Positions 12,165 to 22,833 of a stretch of DNA of 64,000 nucleotides are shown in pieces; positions within the stretch are counted from its first letter, which is position 1; each line of letters starts with the position of its first letter. Source of the stretch: Nitrospirota bacterium (GTDB lineage: Bacteria > Nitrospirota > UBA9217); the NCBI GenBank assembly GCA_963749655.1, contig CAVVOB010000027.1, positions 1 to 64,000 on the forward strand, given 5' to 3'. The notes under the pieces were generated by a model. That model did not search any database. It was not told where the DNA came from and was given only the letters and a program-made list of their open reading frames with translations. The position numbers and the translations under genes are program-made.

Positions 12165-13949
12165 TCACTCGTCTTTGTTCATTGCAAAATCTTCCGGGAA
12201 AAGTCTTGTCATCTCCTTTCTCAACAAATATTCGCCAGCCTTAGCCGAATCCTTGCTCAGAACCTCATTCAACAAGGCCTTGCAATAACTATGTTCGAGT
12301 CCCCGTATGATCTTTTTTATCTTCGGAATGGCGTAGGCGTTCATGCTCAATTCATCGAGTTCCAAACCCAGTAATATAGGTACATAGAGCGGCTCACCAG
12401 CCATTTCTCCGCATAAGGCGACTTCAATTTTGTGTGCATGGGCAGCTTGAACCGTCTGTTTGATCATTCTCAGCACAGCGGGGTGGAGCGGCTCGTAAAG
12501 GTACGACACGTATTCATTTCCTCTGTCGATAGCGAGGGTATACTGGATGAGGTCATTCGTCCCGATGCTGAAGAAATCTACCTCCGGCGCGAGTATGTCG
12601 CTTATCATGCACGTGGAAGGTACTTCTATCATGATACCGATTTTTATGTTCCGGTTGAAGTCAACTCCATCATCGGCCAGTTCCTCCATACATTCCCGTA
12701 TTATCGTCTTTGTCTTTTTTACCTCGTCTATGCCGGAGATCATCGGGATCAATATTTTTAGAGGCCCGAAAGCGCTCGCCCGCAGTATGCCCATGAGCTG
12801 GGACCTGAAAATATCCGTTTCCTTGATACAAAGTCTGATGGCCCTCAAGCCCATGGCCGGGTTCATCTCCTTCGGTATTCCCGCATCGGACACGAACTTG
12901 TCTCCGCCTATATCGAGTGTTCGTATCGTGACATATTCCAACTCCTCGCTCTCAGCAAGCTTCTTGTAGATGTGGTAGTGGTCCATCTCCGTGGGTAACA
13001 CCTTTTTCGACAGGTAAATATACTCCGTCCTGTAGAGTCCAACCCCCTGAGCGCCATACTTTTCGATAATGTCCATTTCTGCGAGAAGCTCTATGTTTGC
13101 GCCGACTTTAACCTTGTACCCATCCTTGGTTTCAGATTTCAGTTTTGCGATCTTTAGGAACTCTCTCTTCTGGTTCTTCAGATGGAGATGCTTTGCAATG
13201 TAGTCTTTCTGAATCTCTTTTGTCGGGTTGATTATGACAACGCCCTGGTCGCCGTCGATGATGATGGTGTCGTTGTTCTTGACGAGACTCGTGAGGTTGC
13301 CGACCCCGACAACAGCCGGAATTTCCAGAGCCCTGGCAACGATCGAAGTATGTGACGTTCGTCCGCCCACGTCGGTGACGAACCCCGATATCTTGGTGAG
13401 GTTCAATTGAATGGTGTCCGCGGGGGACAGATCGTGGGCAACAATGATTGATTTTCCTTTTATGCCGGCGCTGTCCAGGCCCGACGTCTTTCCTTTTACC
13501 AGTATCCGGGCAAGTCTGTCGTATATATACTTTATGTCCTGGCCGCGCTCCCTCAAATAGGGGTCTTCCACCTTTTCGAAACCTGCGAGGAATTTTGACA
13601 CGACAATATCGAGGGCCCATTCGGCGTTTATTCTTCTGTCCCTGATCGCTTCGATCACGCCGTTTGCAAAAAAATCGTCCTGGAGAATCAGCACGTGTGC
13701 GTCTATGATGAACGTGTGCTTCCTTATTTCATCGTCAGGTATGGTTTGCTTGACATTGTTTAATTCTTCTATGGCATCTTTCAGGGCATGCCGAAACCGA
13801 ACGACCTCCCTTTCTATATGATCTTCTCTGACAGAGCGCCTGGTGATAGGTATCTTACCTCTTTCGAGTAAGTGCACCTTACCAAAGGTGACGCCCGACG
13901 AAGCGCCTACGCCTCTCAAAATCTTGTTTGCAAGCACATCTTCTTTCAT
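12165..13949 (-). CDS. ptsI: PEP-protein phosphotransferase (PTS enzyme I)
   Basis: GGRTSHTSI phospho-His, GLYRTE, RTLDIGGDK, FSIGTNDL. Confidence 0.95.
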   Translation of the reverse strand: MKEDVLANKILRGVGASSGVTFGKVHLLERGKIPITRRSVREDHIEREVVRFRHALKDAIEELNNVKQTIPDDEIRKHTFIIDAHVLILQDDFFANGVIEAIRDRRINAEWALDIVVSKFLAGFEKVEDPYLRERGQDIKYIYDRLARILVKGKTSGLDSAGIKGKSIIVAHDLSPADTIQLNLTKISGFVTDVGGRTSHTSIVARALEIPAVVGVGNLTSLVKNNDTIIIDGDQGVVIINPTKEIQKDYIAKHLHLKNQKREFLKIAKLKSETKDGYKVKVGANIELLAEMDIIEKYGAQGVGLYRTEYIYLSKKVLPTEMDHYHIYKKLAESEELEYVTIRTLDIGGDKFVSDAGIPKEMNPAMGLRAIRLCIKETDIFRSQLMGILRASAFGPLKILIPMISGIDEVKKTKTIIRECMEELADDGVDFNRNIKIGIMIEVPSTCMISDILAPEVDFFSIGTNDLIQYTLAIDRGNEYVSYLYEPLHPAVLRMIKQTVQAAHAHKIEVALCGEMAGEPLYVPILLGLELDELSMNAYAIPKIKKIIRGLEHSYCKALLNEVLSKDSAKAGEYLLRKEMTRLFPEDFAMNKDE

Positions 13950-14212
13950 GTTTCGTTGAATCCGTCTTCGATTAATCGGCCAAGCTCTTGCAGGGCCTGC
14001 TGCTCATCGCTGCCTTCAATCTTAAGGGTGATTTTGCTCCCAAGAGGACATGCAAGCATCAAAAGACCCATGATGCTTTTTCCATTAACGGTTGTGCCGT
14101 CCTTCTCCATGAAGATCGCTGAAGTAAACTCACAAGCCCTTTTCACAAAGGTAGCGGCCGGCCTCGCGTGGAGGCCCAGTTTGTTCTTAACGGTAAAGGT
14201 GCCTTCCACCAC
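13946..14212 (-). CDS. ptsH: HPr phosphocarrier
   Basis: GLHARPA and KSIMGL motifs. Confidence 0.95.
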   Translation of the reverse strand: MVEGTFTVKNKLGLHARPAATFVKRACEFTSAIFMEKDGTTVNGKSIMGLLMLACPLGSKITLKIEGSDEQQALQELGRLIEDGFNET

Positions 14213-14218
14213 TTGGCT

Positions 14219-14629
14219 CTAAGCCTTCTTCCTCGTTTTCAGTATATCGGTTGCAAGGCATATATTGTTCTGCCCGTATTGCGTGATGAAATGGGCAAGC
14301 TCGTCCAACTGCTTCCCCTCTCTATACGTGATAAGTTTTATTAACATGGGCAGGTTTACCCCCGTAACCACTTCGACTTTTCCTTCTTCCAAAAAGGAAA
14401 GGCTTATATTGGAAGGGGTGCCTCCGAACATATCCGTCATGATCAATACGCCGTCGCCCGTTTCCGTTGCCTTTACTGCATCAGTAAGCCTTTTCTTGAT
14501 TTTCTCCACCTCTTCGTCAGGAAAAATATCCACGGACTCAAACTGACTTTGTTTACCCAGTATCAGATCGGTAGCTGCCACCATTTCTTTTGCCAGATTA
14601 AAATGGGCAACTACGACTAAACCTACCAT
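14219..14629 (-). CDS. PTS EIIA mannose/fructose-type component
   Basis: VVVAH, DMFGGTPSN, GVNLPML. Confidence 0.92.
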   Translation of the reverse strand: MVGLVVVAHFNLAKEMVAATDLILGKQSQFESVDIFPDEEVEKIKKRLTDAVKATETGDGVLIMTDMFGGTPSNISLSFLEEGKVEVVTGVNLPMLIKLITYREGKQLDELAHFITQYGQNNICLATDILKTRKKA

Positions 14630-14644
14630 TATGCCTCCTTGCCA

Positions 14645-15490
14645 TTACTTTTCTATGTCGCGGTGGAGAGTGGAGACGTTGTGACCCATAGCAAGAAGCT
14701 GCTCAGCAAGTTTGCTCACAATAAAAACAGACCTATGCTTTCCACCTGTGCAGCCGAAACACAGAGTAAGGTAACTTTTGCCTTCCTTCTCAAACAAAGG
14801 TATAAGATATAACAAAAAATCAAAAAGCAAAAGAAAATACTTGTTATAAACATCGTCTGAAAGTATGTAATCGGCAACCTCACTTGAAAGTCCTGTCTTA
14901 TCTCTCAACCCCTCAACAAAATAGGGGTTCGGCAAAAATCTCACATCAAGAACCATGTCAGCCTCAAGAGGCACTCCGTAGCTATAGCCAAAGGACATGA
15001 GGTTTATTTTCATCCTGTAATCGGTCTGGCCGTAAGCTTTGAGTGCTGTGCGTCTCAGCTCATGAGGCGTAAGGTACGAAGTATCTATCACTTTATCGGA
15101 GATGTCTTTTATCCAGCCCACAAGCCTTCTTTCTTCTTGCAACGCATCCTTTACGTTGGAGGTTGTGTACAGAGGGTGAAGCCTTCTGGTTTCCTTGAAC
15201 CTTTTAAGCAGGGCTTCTTCAGAGCTTTCAAGGAATACCAATTCCGCACCGAATTTTTCTTTGATGTTCTTTAAGATTACCTTGCCCACGTCGAAGAACT
15301 CTTTTTCTCGAATATCCACCACTATGGCGCATTTTTCGACCTTATCGCCTATCAACTCGGACAGTTCCGAGAATTTCTGGAGCAGAACAAGCGGAAAATG
15401 GTCTACGCAAAAATAGCCGATATCTTCAAGTGCTCTCAGGAACGTTGTCTTGCCGGAACCGGATATACCGCTCAGAATAATTAGCTTCAT
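14645..15490 (-). CDS. rapZ: RNase adapter RapZ/YvcJ-family P-loop protein
   Basis: GISGSGKT, DVRFLPNP, GCTGGKHRSV. Confidence 0.93.
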   Translation of the reverse strand: MKLIILSGISGSGKTTFLRALEDIGYFCVDHFPLVLLQKFSELSELIGDKVEKCAIVVDIREKEFFDVGKVILKNIKEKFGAELVFLESSEEALLKRFKETRRLHPLYTTSNVKDALQEERRLVGWIKDISDKVIDTSYLTPHELRRTALKAYGQTDYRMKINLMSFGYSYGVPLEADMVLDVRFLPNPYFVEGLRDKTGLSSEVADYILSDDVYNKYFLLLFDFLLYLIPLFEKEGKSYLTLCFGCTGGKHRSVFIVSKLAEQLLAMGHNVSTLHRDIEK

Positions 15491-16428
15491 GGCTTTTCTT
15501 CTGTCCTCATCGATTTCAGAATCTTTTCTTCCAACTCCACAGCCGTGTTTATTCCCTGTTTCTTCAAAATGTAATTTCTGCAGGCAAGCTCTATGATAGT
15601 CGAGGCATTCCTCCCCGGGCTGATAGGGATCCTGACCAAGGGCACGTCAATGCTCAAGAGTCTGTACTTATCCTCCCGAAAGCCAATCCTGTCGTATTCT
15701 TCCTTTTCGTTCCAGTCAAGAAGCTCCACAACGAGGTCTATTCTTTTTTTCTCTCTCACCGAAGATACGCCGAACAGACGCCCGATGTCTACTATCCCTA
15801 TCCCCCTTATCTCCAACAAGTTCTTGATCATCTCCGGAGATTCCCCGTAGAGATCTATCGCTCCCATCTTCTTTATGTAAGTCACGTCATCAACAATCAG
15901 CCTGTGTCCTCTCGTGATCAGCTCGAGAGCGCTCTCGCTCTTTCCTATGCCAGGCCTTCCTACTATTAAAACCCCAACCCCGATTACATCCATCAGCACC
16001 CCGTGCACCGTTGTTGAGGGCGCGAGCTTCTCCTCGAGGAGTTTGGTAATCCTTTCGATAAATACGGAGGTGATGAGCTTGGAGCGCAAGAATGGTATTC
16101 TTTTCTCCTCTGCTTCGGTAAGAAAATGGGCTGGAACTTTCAGGTTCCGCGTCACGATAAAACAGACCACATCGTTCTTGCATAGGTCCTTGATGATACC
16201 CTCCCCTTCTGCTTCCGGAAGGGATCTCAGGTATGAGATTTCCGTGTTCCCGAGAATCTGGATTCTATGCGGATGCAGGTATGCCATATGACCTGTGATT
16301 ACCAGACCAAGTTTCTGAATCCTGGGATTGTATATTTTTCTGGAGAGACCCTTGAGTCCCGAGATGGCTTCGAGTTCCAGCCCGTATGATTTGTCATCGA
16401 TGAGTCCCTGAACAGCTATGCCTTTCAT
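15487..16428 (-). CDS. hprK: HPr(Ser) kinase/phosphorylase
   Basis: HGVLM, GIGKSESALELI.RGHRL, LEIRGIGI. Confidence 0.95.
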   Translation of the reverse strand: MKGIAVQGLIDDKSYGLELEAISGLKGLSRKIYNPRIQKLGLVITGHMAYLHPHRIQILGNTEISYLRSLPEAEGEGIIKDLCKNDVVCFIVTRNLKVPAHFLTEAEEKRIPFLRSKLITSVFIERITKLLEEKLAPSTTVHGVLMDVIGVGVLIVGRPGIGKSESALELITRGHRLIVDDVTYIKKMGAIDLYGESPEMIKNLLEIRGIGIVDIGRLFGVSSVREKKRIDLVVELLDWNEKEEYDRIGFREDKYRLLSIDVPLVRIPISPGRNASTIIELACRNYILKKQGINTAVELEEKILKSMRTEEKP

Positions 16429-16480
16429 CTTTGAGCTTCTGGGTTAGGAGATGCAGACTGCGGATAGAAAGACGCCACCG

Positions 16481-16942
16481 TCAAATCTTGCCGTCCTCTT
16501 CAACAATAGCGTTGTATATGTCGCGTGAGGAGGAGAGTTCAGTGAGTCTTTTCCTGAAGGAGGGGTCTCTCAATAGCTTTGAGATGCGGGATAATGTCTT
16601 GAGGTGCAGGCTTGCCGAGTCCTCAGGCGCAAGGAGCAAAAAAAAGATATGGACCGGTTTTGAGTCCACAGCGTCAAAATCTAAGCCTTCTTTTGATTTT
16701 CCGAAGGCGCAGAGTATACTGTGCAGACCCTTCATCTTACCGTGTGGAATTGCTACACCATCACCAATACCGGTGCTGCCAAGCTTTTCCCGCTCAAGGA
16801 TAACGCTGACCGCTTTTTCAATATCTTCTACGAGATGCGCCTTCTTTAATGTATCGACGAGCTCAAGAAGGACTTCGTTCTTTGTCTTGCCTTTTAGGTC
16901 GGCTACGACACACGAGTCCTTGAGAATGTCTTCCATTCTCAT
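16481..16942 (-). CDS. ptsN: PTS EIIA-Ntr-like protein
   Basis: REKLGSTGIGDGVAIPH; position downstream of rpoN-hpf. Confidence 0.9.
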   Translation of the reverse strand: MRMEDILKDSCVVADLKGKTKNEVLLELVDTLKKAHLVEDIEKAVSVILEREKLGSTGIGDGVAIPHGKMKGLHSILCAFGKSKEGLDFDAVDSKPVHIFFLLLAPEDSASLHLKTLSRISKLLRDPSFRKRLTELSSSRDIYNAIVEEDGKI

Positions 16943-17463
16943 GCCGGTTTTCCCGTGGTTTCGATCAGACCAAAATTACCGTCTTTTCTTCTGTAAGCCA
17001 CGCATACATTGCCTCTTTCGGTACTGCTGAAAATGATAAAGTTGTCTCCTGATGCTTCAAGCTGCATAGTCGCTTCTTCTGGATCCATCGGTTTTGCATC
17101 TATGGCCTTCGTCACGATGATATTTGAGCCGGCGCTCTCCTTGGTCAAGACGCCTCGCTTTGGCTTGTTTTCGCGGTACTTTTTCAGCTTGTCTCTGTAC
17201 CGTGTCAATCTTCGCTCCAGCTTATCAAGAATCTTATCTATCGCTGCTCGCATATCATCCATGACTTCATGAGCATTTATGACTACGCCGTTCAAAGTAA
17301 ACATGACATCGATTCTGTGCCTGTATTTTCTTTCAAGAGAGAGTACCACATGGACGTCGAGAGGGGCTTCGACAAATTTTTGCAGTCGTGCTATCTTCTC
17401 CTCTGCGTATTTCTTAACGTTCTCGTCAGGCTCGAGATGTCTAAAGCTTATCGTTATGTCCAT
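16939..17463 (-). CDS. hpf: Ribosome hibernation factor (long HPF / RaiA family)
   Basis: DMRAAIDKILDKLERRL and KPMDPEEA...RRKDGNFGLI; start set at MDITISF. Confidence 0.9.
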   Translation of the reverse strand: MDITISFRHLEPDENVKKYAEEKIARLQKFVEAPLDVHVVLSLERKYRHRIDVMFTLNGVVINAHEVMDDMRAAIDKILDKLERRLTRYRDKLKKYRENKPKRGVLTKESAGSNIIVTKAIDAKPMDPEEATMQLEASGDNFIIFSSTERGNVCVAYRRKDGNFGLIETTGKPA

Positions 17464-17549
17464 ATTGCCTCCGAGTATAAAAATAAGGTTGGCAGACACC
17501 AACCCTAATTACAAGGTTAACAGATATAGTATATGGTGTCAATCCCAAT

Positions 17550-18935
17550 TCAATTCAAGGCTTTTCTCTCTCGCGAAGAGCCTATATTGAGCATTTCTCT
17601 GTACTTTGCTATGGTCCTCCGGGCAACTTTAATGTTGCGTCCTACTTTCAGTCGCACGACAATCTCATCGTCCGTCAAAGGATTATCTTTATTTTCTTTA
17701 TGGACAAATTCCAGAATCAAGTCTTTTATGATATTTGTGGAAAGTTGATCGCCTTCTTCCTGAAAAATACCCGTAGGAAAGAAGAATTTTAGCTCAAAAA
17801 CTCCATATTGCGTGCTCATATATTTATTGGTCGTGATCCGACTGACCGTTGATTCATGGACTCCCACATCCTGGGCTATGTCTTTGAGTATAAGGGGCTT
17901 CAAGAATCGTATCCCTCTCTCAAAAAAGTCCTGCTGGTACTTCACGATACTTTTTGACACAAGGTAGAGAGTTTTTTGCCGCTGCTTCAGGCTCTTTATG
18001 AACCATTCAGCCTGTTTCACTTTTCTCTTTATATATCTTTTCGTTTCGCCGTCGATATTCTTGTCGGCATAAAGACCTACGTAATACTTATTAATCTTAA
18101 GCTCCGGCACGTCTTCGTCGCTCAAGTACACTTCAAAGCCCTCTTCCCCCTTCGCTACGTAAACATCGGGGACGACGTAGGAAGTCAGGTCGTCGCTAAA
18201 ATTCCTTCCCGGCTTTGGGTCAAACCCTTTTATCGTATTAAGAACATCCTGGATCTTTTCCGGCGGGTACCCCGTTCTTTTTGCGATTTCCTTGACGCCT
18301 ACGCTCTGGAATAGCTCAAAGGACGAGTTTACAACATCTTCAAAAATGGGGTCTTTCTCCCCCTTCGTCTCATACTGAAGCAGAATACATTCCTTCAGGT
18401 CTCTTGCGCCAATGCCCGGTGGGTCAAGCTTTTGAATCTTTTTGAGAACAACCTCGAGCATCTCCGGCGCATAGCCCGATGTCTTTGAAATCTCCTCAAG
18501 AGGATAGGCAAGGTAACCGTTATCATCGATATTCTCGATGATCCATTCCGCGGCAATTCGCTCGTTAGGGTCGAACTGGGACAGCCCGATTTGCCATCTC
18601 AGGTAATCGGTGAGGTTGCCCTCCTTCTTGACAATGTTCTCATAATCGGGATACTCTCGATCATCTCTCGGCGTGTATTCTTCGGAAGAGGTATATCTTT
18701 CGAGGAACTCGGCTGTGTCGTCCTTCTCTTGGGTTCGCTCTTCCTCAGGCTCCTTCTCCCGGGCCTGCTCCTCTTCAACCTCTTTTTCCCTCGCTTCCAA
18801 AACCGGGTTCTCGTTAAGCTCCTGCTCAATAGCCTCCACCAGCTCCAATTGCGACAATTGCAGGAGCTTTATTGCCTGCTGAAGCTGCTGCGTCAGTACG
18901 GGTAGAAGCTTCTGTGTTTGTTTAAGTTCCAACAT
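17550..18935 (-). CDS. rpoN: RNA polymerase sigma-54 factor
   Basis: QLQQAIKLLQL, HESTVSR, RpoN box ARRTIAKYR. Confidence 0.97.
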   Translation of the reverse strand: MLELKQTQKLLPVLTQQLQQAIKLLQLSQLELVEAIEQELNENPVLEAREKEVEEEQAREKEPEEERTQEKDDTAEFLERYTSSEEYTPRDDREYPDYENIVKKEGNLTDYLRWQIGLSQFDPNERIAAEWIIENIDDNGYLAYPLEEISKTSGYAPEMLEVVLKKIQKLDPPGIGARDLKECILLQYETKGEKDPIFEDVVNSSFELFQSVGVKEIAKRTGYPPEKIQDVLNTIKGFDPKPGRNFSDDLTSYVVPDVYVAKGEEGFEVYLSDEDVPELKINKYYVGLYADKNIDGETKRYIKRKVKQAEWFIKSLKQRQKTLYLVSKSIVKYQQDFFERGIRFLKPLILKDIAQDVGVHESTVSRITTNKYMSTQYGVFELKFFFPTGIFQEEGDQLSTNIIKDLILEFVHKENKDNPLTDDEIVVRLKVGRNIKVARRTIAKYREMLNIGSSRERKALN

Positions 18936-19665
18936 CGATGTTAAACTCCTCACCTAAATAGACCTCTCGCACTATCTTATCGTTTGCCACATTTTCAGGC
19001 GTTCCTTCGAGGAGTACCTGGCCGTTGTTTACCACATAGGCTCTGTCGCAAAGCGGGAGAGAGTCCCTTACGTTATGGTCCGAAAGGAGTATACCTATGT
19101 CTTTCATCTTCAGACCATTTATTATCTTCTTTAAATCGGAAACCGATATGGGGTCAATGCCTGAGAAAGGCTCGTCAAGTAGCATGAAGCGTGGAGCTAT
19201 CATCAGCGCCCTCGCGATCTCCAGCCTTCTTCTTTCTCCTCCCGAGAGGGAATCGGCGCTGTTTTTGGACAGGTGGTCCAGCTTGAATGATTCGAGCAGT
19301 TCCGCTACCTTATGCCCCATGAGAGTATTGTCCACATTATTAAACTCAAGAATAGATTTAAGGTTGTCTTCTACGCTCATCTTCTTGAAAATAGACGGTT
19401 CCTGCGGCAAATAGGTAATCCCCTTTCGCGCTCTCATAAACATAGGTAGATCCGTAATCTCTTCGGAGCCGAGGAGTATTTTCCCCTGGTCCGGCTTTAT
19501 AAAGCCTATGATCATGTAAAAGGTGGTTGTCTTGCCAGCCCCGTTTGGGCCGAACAATCCGACGATCTCGCCCGTTTTCATGTGTAGAGAGACCTTGTTA
19601 ACTACTTTCCGGCCATTATATGACTTTGTCAGATCGCGGGTATGGAGCATCACCTCATGGGGCAT
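18922..19665 (-). CDS. lptB: LPS export ABC transporter ATPase
   Basis: GPNGAGKTT, YLPQEPS, LSGGERRRLEIAR, DHNVR. Confidence 0.95.
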   Translation of the reverse strand: MPHEVMLHTRDLTKSYNGRKVVNKVSLHMKTGEIVGLFGPNGAGKTTTFYMIIGFIKPDQGKILLGSEEITDLPMFMRARKGITYLPQEPSIFKKMSVEDNLKSILEFNNVDNTLMGHKVAELLESFKLDHLSKNSADSLSGGERRRLEIARALMIAPRFMLLDEPFSGIDPISVSDLKKIINGLKMKDIGILLSDHNVRDSLPLCDRAYVVNNGQVLLEGTPENVANDKIVREVYLGEEFNIDVGT

Positions 19666-20576
19666 TACTTTTCCATCCTCATTTTGGGTTTTTTGATGGA
19701 AAACTTCCTATCGGCCAGACTGTAGACGATAGACTCACCCCCCATTTCCACTTTATCTTTTAGTATTTTAGGGTTCTCCGTTAGCACCACTCTGTCCTCC
19801 CTAAAATGATATACTGCCTTTTCGCTTTTGGCAATAGTCCCTTTTGAAATCAGTCTCACCTTGCCCTTTGCGTCTATTCTCTCCAGTTCATTGTCTTTAC
19901 TGATGAGCAAGAGTTTATCGCACATCAGATTCATGTCCTCGCCCTTCATGATGACCCGGCCGTCAAGGACATACACGTTATCCTTCAAGGCGTAGGTGAA
20001 TCTGTCTGACTCGAACTTATACTTCCCCTTTGCCGTTTCTATGAAACCTGTCACGTCCTTATCAATCCTTACCGTCTCTTCGTTTGTGTCCGCCGTCAAG
20101 CCGACGCCGCGCAACGTCAGTTTGGACCCCTCGATGTTTACGGGGGCATTCGTGTACGTGACGCCTTTCTTGAAATCAAAATCCATGTATTTACTTCTGA
20201 GCCTGTAATCGTTCTTGTAAAGAAAATCCACATCTTCAATCATTCCTCTTTCTTGCTCGGTGTTCATCATCCCCTTTGAACCCTTGAAGGAAACCGCCAC
20301 ATCCGCCTTCGGCCTGTATTTGCCCGTGATGTCCTCCATCTCGATTTCAGGCTTATCGATGTACTTCCTCGCAATCTTTGCATTTATCTCCCAGTCTACA
20401 ACGCCCTTCTTTTCCCCGGAATACTTTACGTCCTTAAAAACTATTACCTTTTTCTCTTCATCCAACACCGGTATCGATATTTTGACGGGTTTCCTAACGA
20501 AGAAGTAGATTGCCAGGAAAAGGCAGGCAATGACAAAGACTGAGGCTACACAAATGATGAGCTTTCTGTCTTTCAT
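19665..20576 (-). CDS. LptC-LptA fusion (tandem OstA beta-jellyroll)
   Basis: N-terminal TM anchor, LptC-like first half, LptA-like second half (IDAKGKVRL...AKSEKAVY...LTENP); sits between kdsD and lptB. Confidence 0.75.
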   Translation of the reverse strand: MKDRKLIICVASVFVIACLFLAIYFFVRKPVKISIPVLDEEKKVIVFKDVKYSGEKKGVVDWEINAKIARKYIDKPEIEMEDITGKYRPKADVAVSFKGSKGMMNTEQERGMIEDVDFLYKNDYRLRSKYMDFDFKKGVTYTNAPVNIEGSKLTLRGVGLTADTNEETVRIDKDVTGFIETAKGKYKFESDRFTYALKDNVYVLDGRVIMKGEDMNLMCDKLLLISKDNELERIDAKGKVRLISKGTIAKSEKAVYHFREDRVVLTENPKILKDKVEMGGESIVYSLADRKFSIKKPKMRMEK

Positions 20577-20592
20577 TCAACTCCATAACTGC

Positions 20593-21570
20593 CTAAACTA
20601 TTTTTGCCTTTAGAAGGTCGTGAATGTGGATTATTCCTAAGGGAGTTTTCCCGCCTTCTTTTTCCATTACAAAGAGCGACGTTATGGAGAACTCTTCCAT
20701 CTGCCCCAGTGCATAGACCGCGAGGGAGTCTTTCAGTATCGTCTTCGGGTTCGCCGTCATCACATCGCGGGCACGTTTTTCCAAAACGTTGTCATGCTTT
20801 TCGATTGCCCTCCGCAAATCGCCATCGGTTATGATGCCCACAAGCTCTTCCTTCTTACTGTAGACCCCCGCAACACCTAATCTTTTTGAAGATATCTCAA
20901 GGATTGCCTCTTTCATGGAAGCTTCCTCGTACACTTTTGGGAGGACGTCTCCGACGTGCATCAAATCTTCGACCTTAAGGAGAAGCTTTCTGCCGATCGA
21001 TCCGCCCGGATGGAGGGAGGCAAAGTCTTCGATCCTGAAGTTCCTTCGTTCTATCAGGGCTACCGCAATGGCATCGCCGATTGCAAGGGTTGCGGTAGTA
21101 CTCGAAGTCGGCACCATGTTGAAGGGACAGGCCTCATCTACTCTTACGTTGAGAACCACATCTCCCTGTCGCGCTATTGTCGAGTTTGTGTTGCCTGTAA
21201 TTACCAGTGTCGTTATGCCCATCCTCTTAATCCATGGAAGTATACTTATAACCTCCTCCGTCTCGCCGCTGTTGCTCACAACCACGAGCACGTCACTCCC
21301 CTGCAGCATGCCGAGGTCTCCGTGCAGAGAATCGGCCGGATGGAGGAATAAGGCAGGCGTGCCCACACTCGAAAGAGTGGAGGCAATCTTCTTGCATACG
21401 AGCCCGGATTTGCCAATACCCGTGAGAACTATCCTCCCAGAGCATTTGAATATGATATCGACTGCCTGCTCAAATGAATTGTCAAGGCCATCCATGACCT
21501 GCAGGATCGCTTCGGCTTCTTTCTTCAGAACCTCTTTGCCAATACTGAGAATGCGCGAGCGCTTAGCCAT
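20593..21570 (-). CDS. kdsD: Arabinose-5-phosphate isomerase (SIS + CBS)
   Basis: GIGKSG, HGDLG, PTSSTT, HPGGSIG and a CBS pair. Confidence 0.93.
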   Translation of the reverse strand: MAKRSRILSIGKEVLKKEAEAILQVMDGLDNSFEQAVDIIFKCSGRIVLTGIGKSGLVCKKIASTLSSVGTPALFLHPADSLHGDLGMLQGSDVLVVVSNSGETEEVISILPWIKRMGITTLVITGNTNSTIARQGDVVLNVRVDEACPFNMVPTSSTTATLAIGDAIAVALIERRNFRIEDFASLHPGGSIGRKLLLKVEDLMHVGDVLPKVYEEASMKEAILEISSKRLGVAGVYSKKEELVGIITDGDLRRAIEKHDNVLEKRARDVMTANPKTILKDSLAVYALGQMEEFSITSLFVMEKEGGKTPLGIIHIHDLLKAKIV

Positions 21571-22390
21571 GGGCGAACCCCGCTGCTTCCTCTATCTTCT
21601 TCAGCGTCTGGAGGATATCCGGTAAATCGTCCAGGACCAGTGAGTTTTCGCCGTCGCATAGCGCTTTTGCCGGGTCCACGTGCACTTCCATGAATATCCC
21701 ATCAACGCCGACTGCCACTGCTGCTTTGGCCAGCGGAAAGATAAACTCCCTTTCTCCGCTCGAACAGGCTGCCCCGGCACCAGGTTTTTGAACGCTGTGT
21801 GTTGCATCAAAAATGACAGGATATCCGAAGCTCTTCATTATCGGTATCGACCTGAAATCATTCACAAGAGTGTTGTATCCGAAGCTCGTTCCTCTCTCGG
21901 TAATGAGTATCTGTCTGTTCCCCGTAGATTCGACTTTCGCGATGGCGTGTTGCATGTCGTAAGGGGAGAGAAACTGACCCTTCTTGATATTTACCGGCTT
22001 GCCGGTCTCCCCACAGGCAACGAGGAGGTCTGTCTGTCTCGAAAGGAGGGCTGGTATCTGGAGGACGTCAACTGTCCGGGACGCGACAGCTGCCTCTTCC
22101 ACGGAGTGCACATCGGTCAGTACGGGAATGTTCAGTTTTTCCCTGACTTCGGCGAGTATCTCCAGGCCTCTTTCTACACCGAGCCCCCTGTAACTCTTTA
22201 CCGAAGTCCTGTTCGCTTTATCGTAAGACGACTTAAAGATGAAAGGCACATTCAAGCCGGTTGTTATTGTTTGCAGTCTCCGGGCTATCTCCAGGGTAAT
22301 ATCACGCCCTTCTATAACACAAGGTCCGCCGATGAAAACAAAAGGTTTTGTCCCGACAGTGATGCTTCCGATACTTACTATTCTGTGCAT
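21563..22390 (-). CDS. kdsA: KDO-8-phosphate synthase
   Basis: [32 protein letters not shown]. Confidence 0.96.
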   Translation of the reverse strand: MHRIVSIGSITVGTKPFVFIGGPCVIEGRDITLEIARRLQTITTGLNVPFIFKSSYDKANRTSVKSYRGLGVERGLEILAEVREKLNIPVLTDVHSVEEAAVASRTVDVLQIPALLSRQTDLLVACGETGKPVNIKKGQFLSPYDMQHAIAKVESTGNRQILITERGTSFGYNTLVNDFRSIPIMKSFGYPVIFDATHSVQKPGAGAACSSGEREFIFPLAKAAVAVGVDGIFMEVHVDPAKALCDGENSLVLDDLPDILQTLKKIEEAAGFAHG

Positions 22391-22833
22391 TCCTGCTTAT
22401 CTTTCCTCTTTTTTAGAGATGCTTTGATGAAGTCCCTGAAGAGAGGGTGAGGGTTAAAGGGTTTCGATTTAAACTCAGGATGAAACTGACACCCCAAGAA
22501 CCAAGGGTGCCCTTTCACTTCCACAATCTCGACTAATGTTTCGTCAGGGGATAGGCCTGTGATCGTCAGCCCACATTCCTCCAACTGGTTCCGGTAGCAC
22601 ATGTTAAACTCATACCGGTGCCTGTGTCTTTCATGGATAAGACCCTGTTTGTAGGCCCTGTGGGCAAGGCTGCCCTGTTTTAGCTCGCAGGGATAGGCAC
22701 CGAGCCTCATGGTGCCACCTTTATCAGAATACTTGTCTCTCTTTTGGACCTTTTTTTCTCTGTCCATCCATTCTTCTATCAGGTATATAGCGGGACAGGC
22801 CGTCTGTTCGTTGAATTCCGTGCCGTTTGCATT
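22378..22833 (-). pseudogene. pyrG: CTP synthase, C-terminal fragment only (fused to tolB in this sequence)
   Basis: [21 protein letters not shown]; N-terminal synthetase domain absent. Confidence 0.9.
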
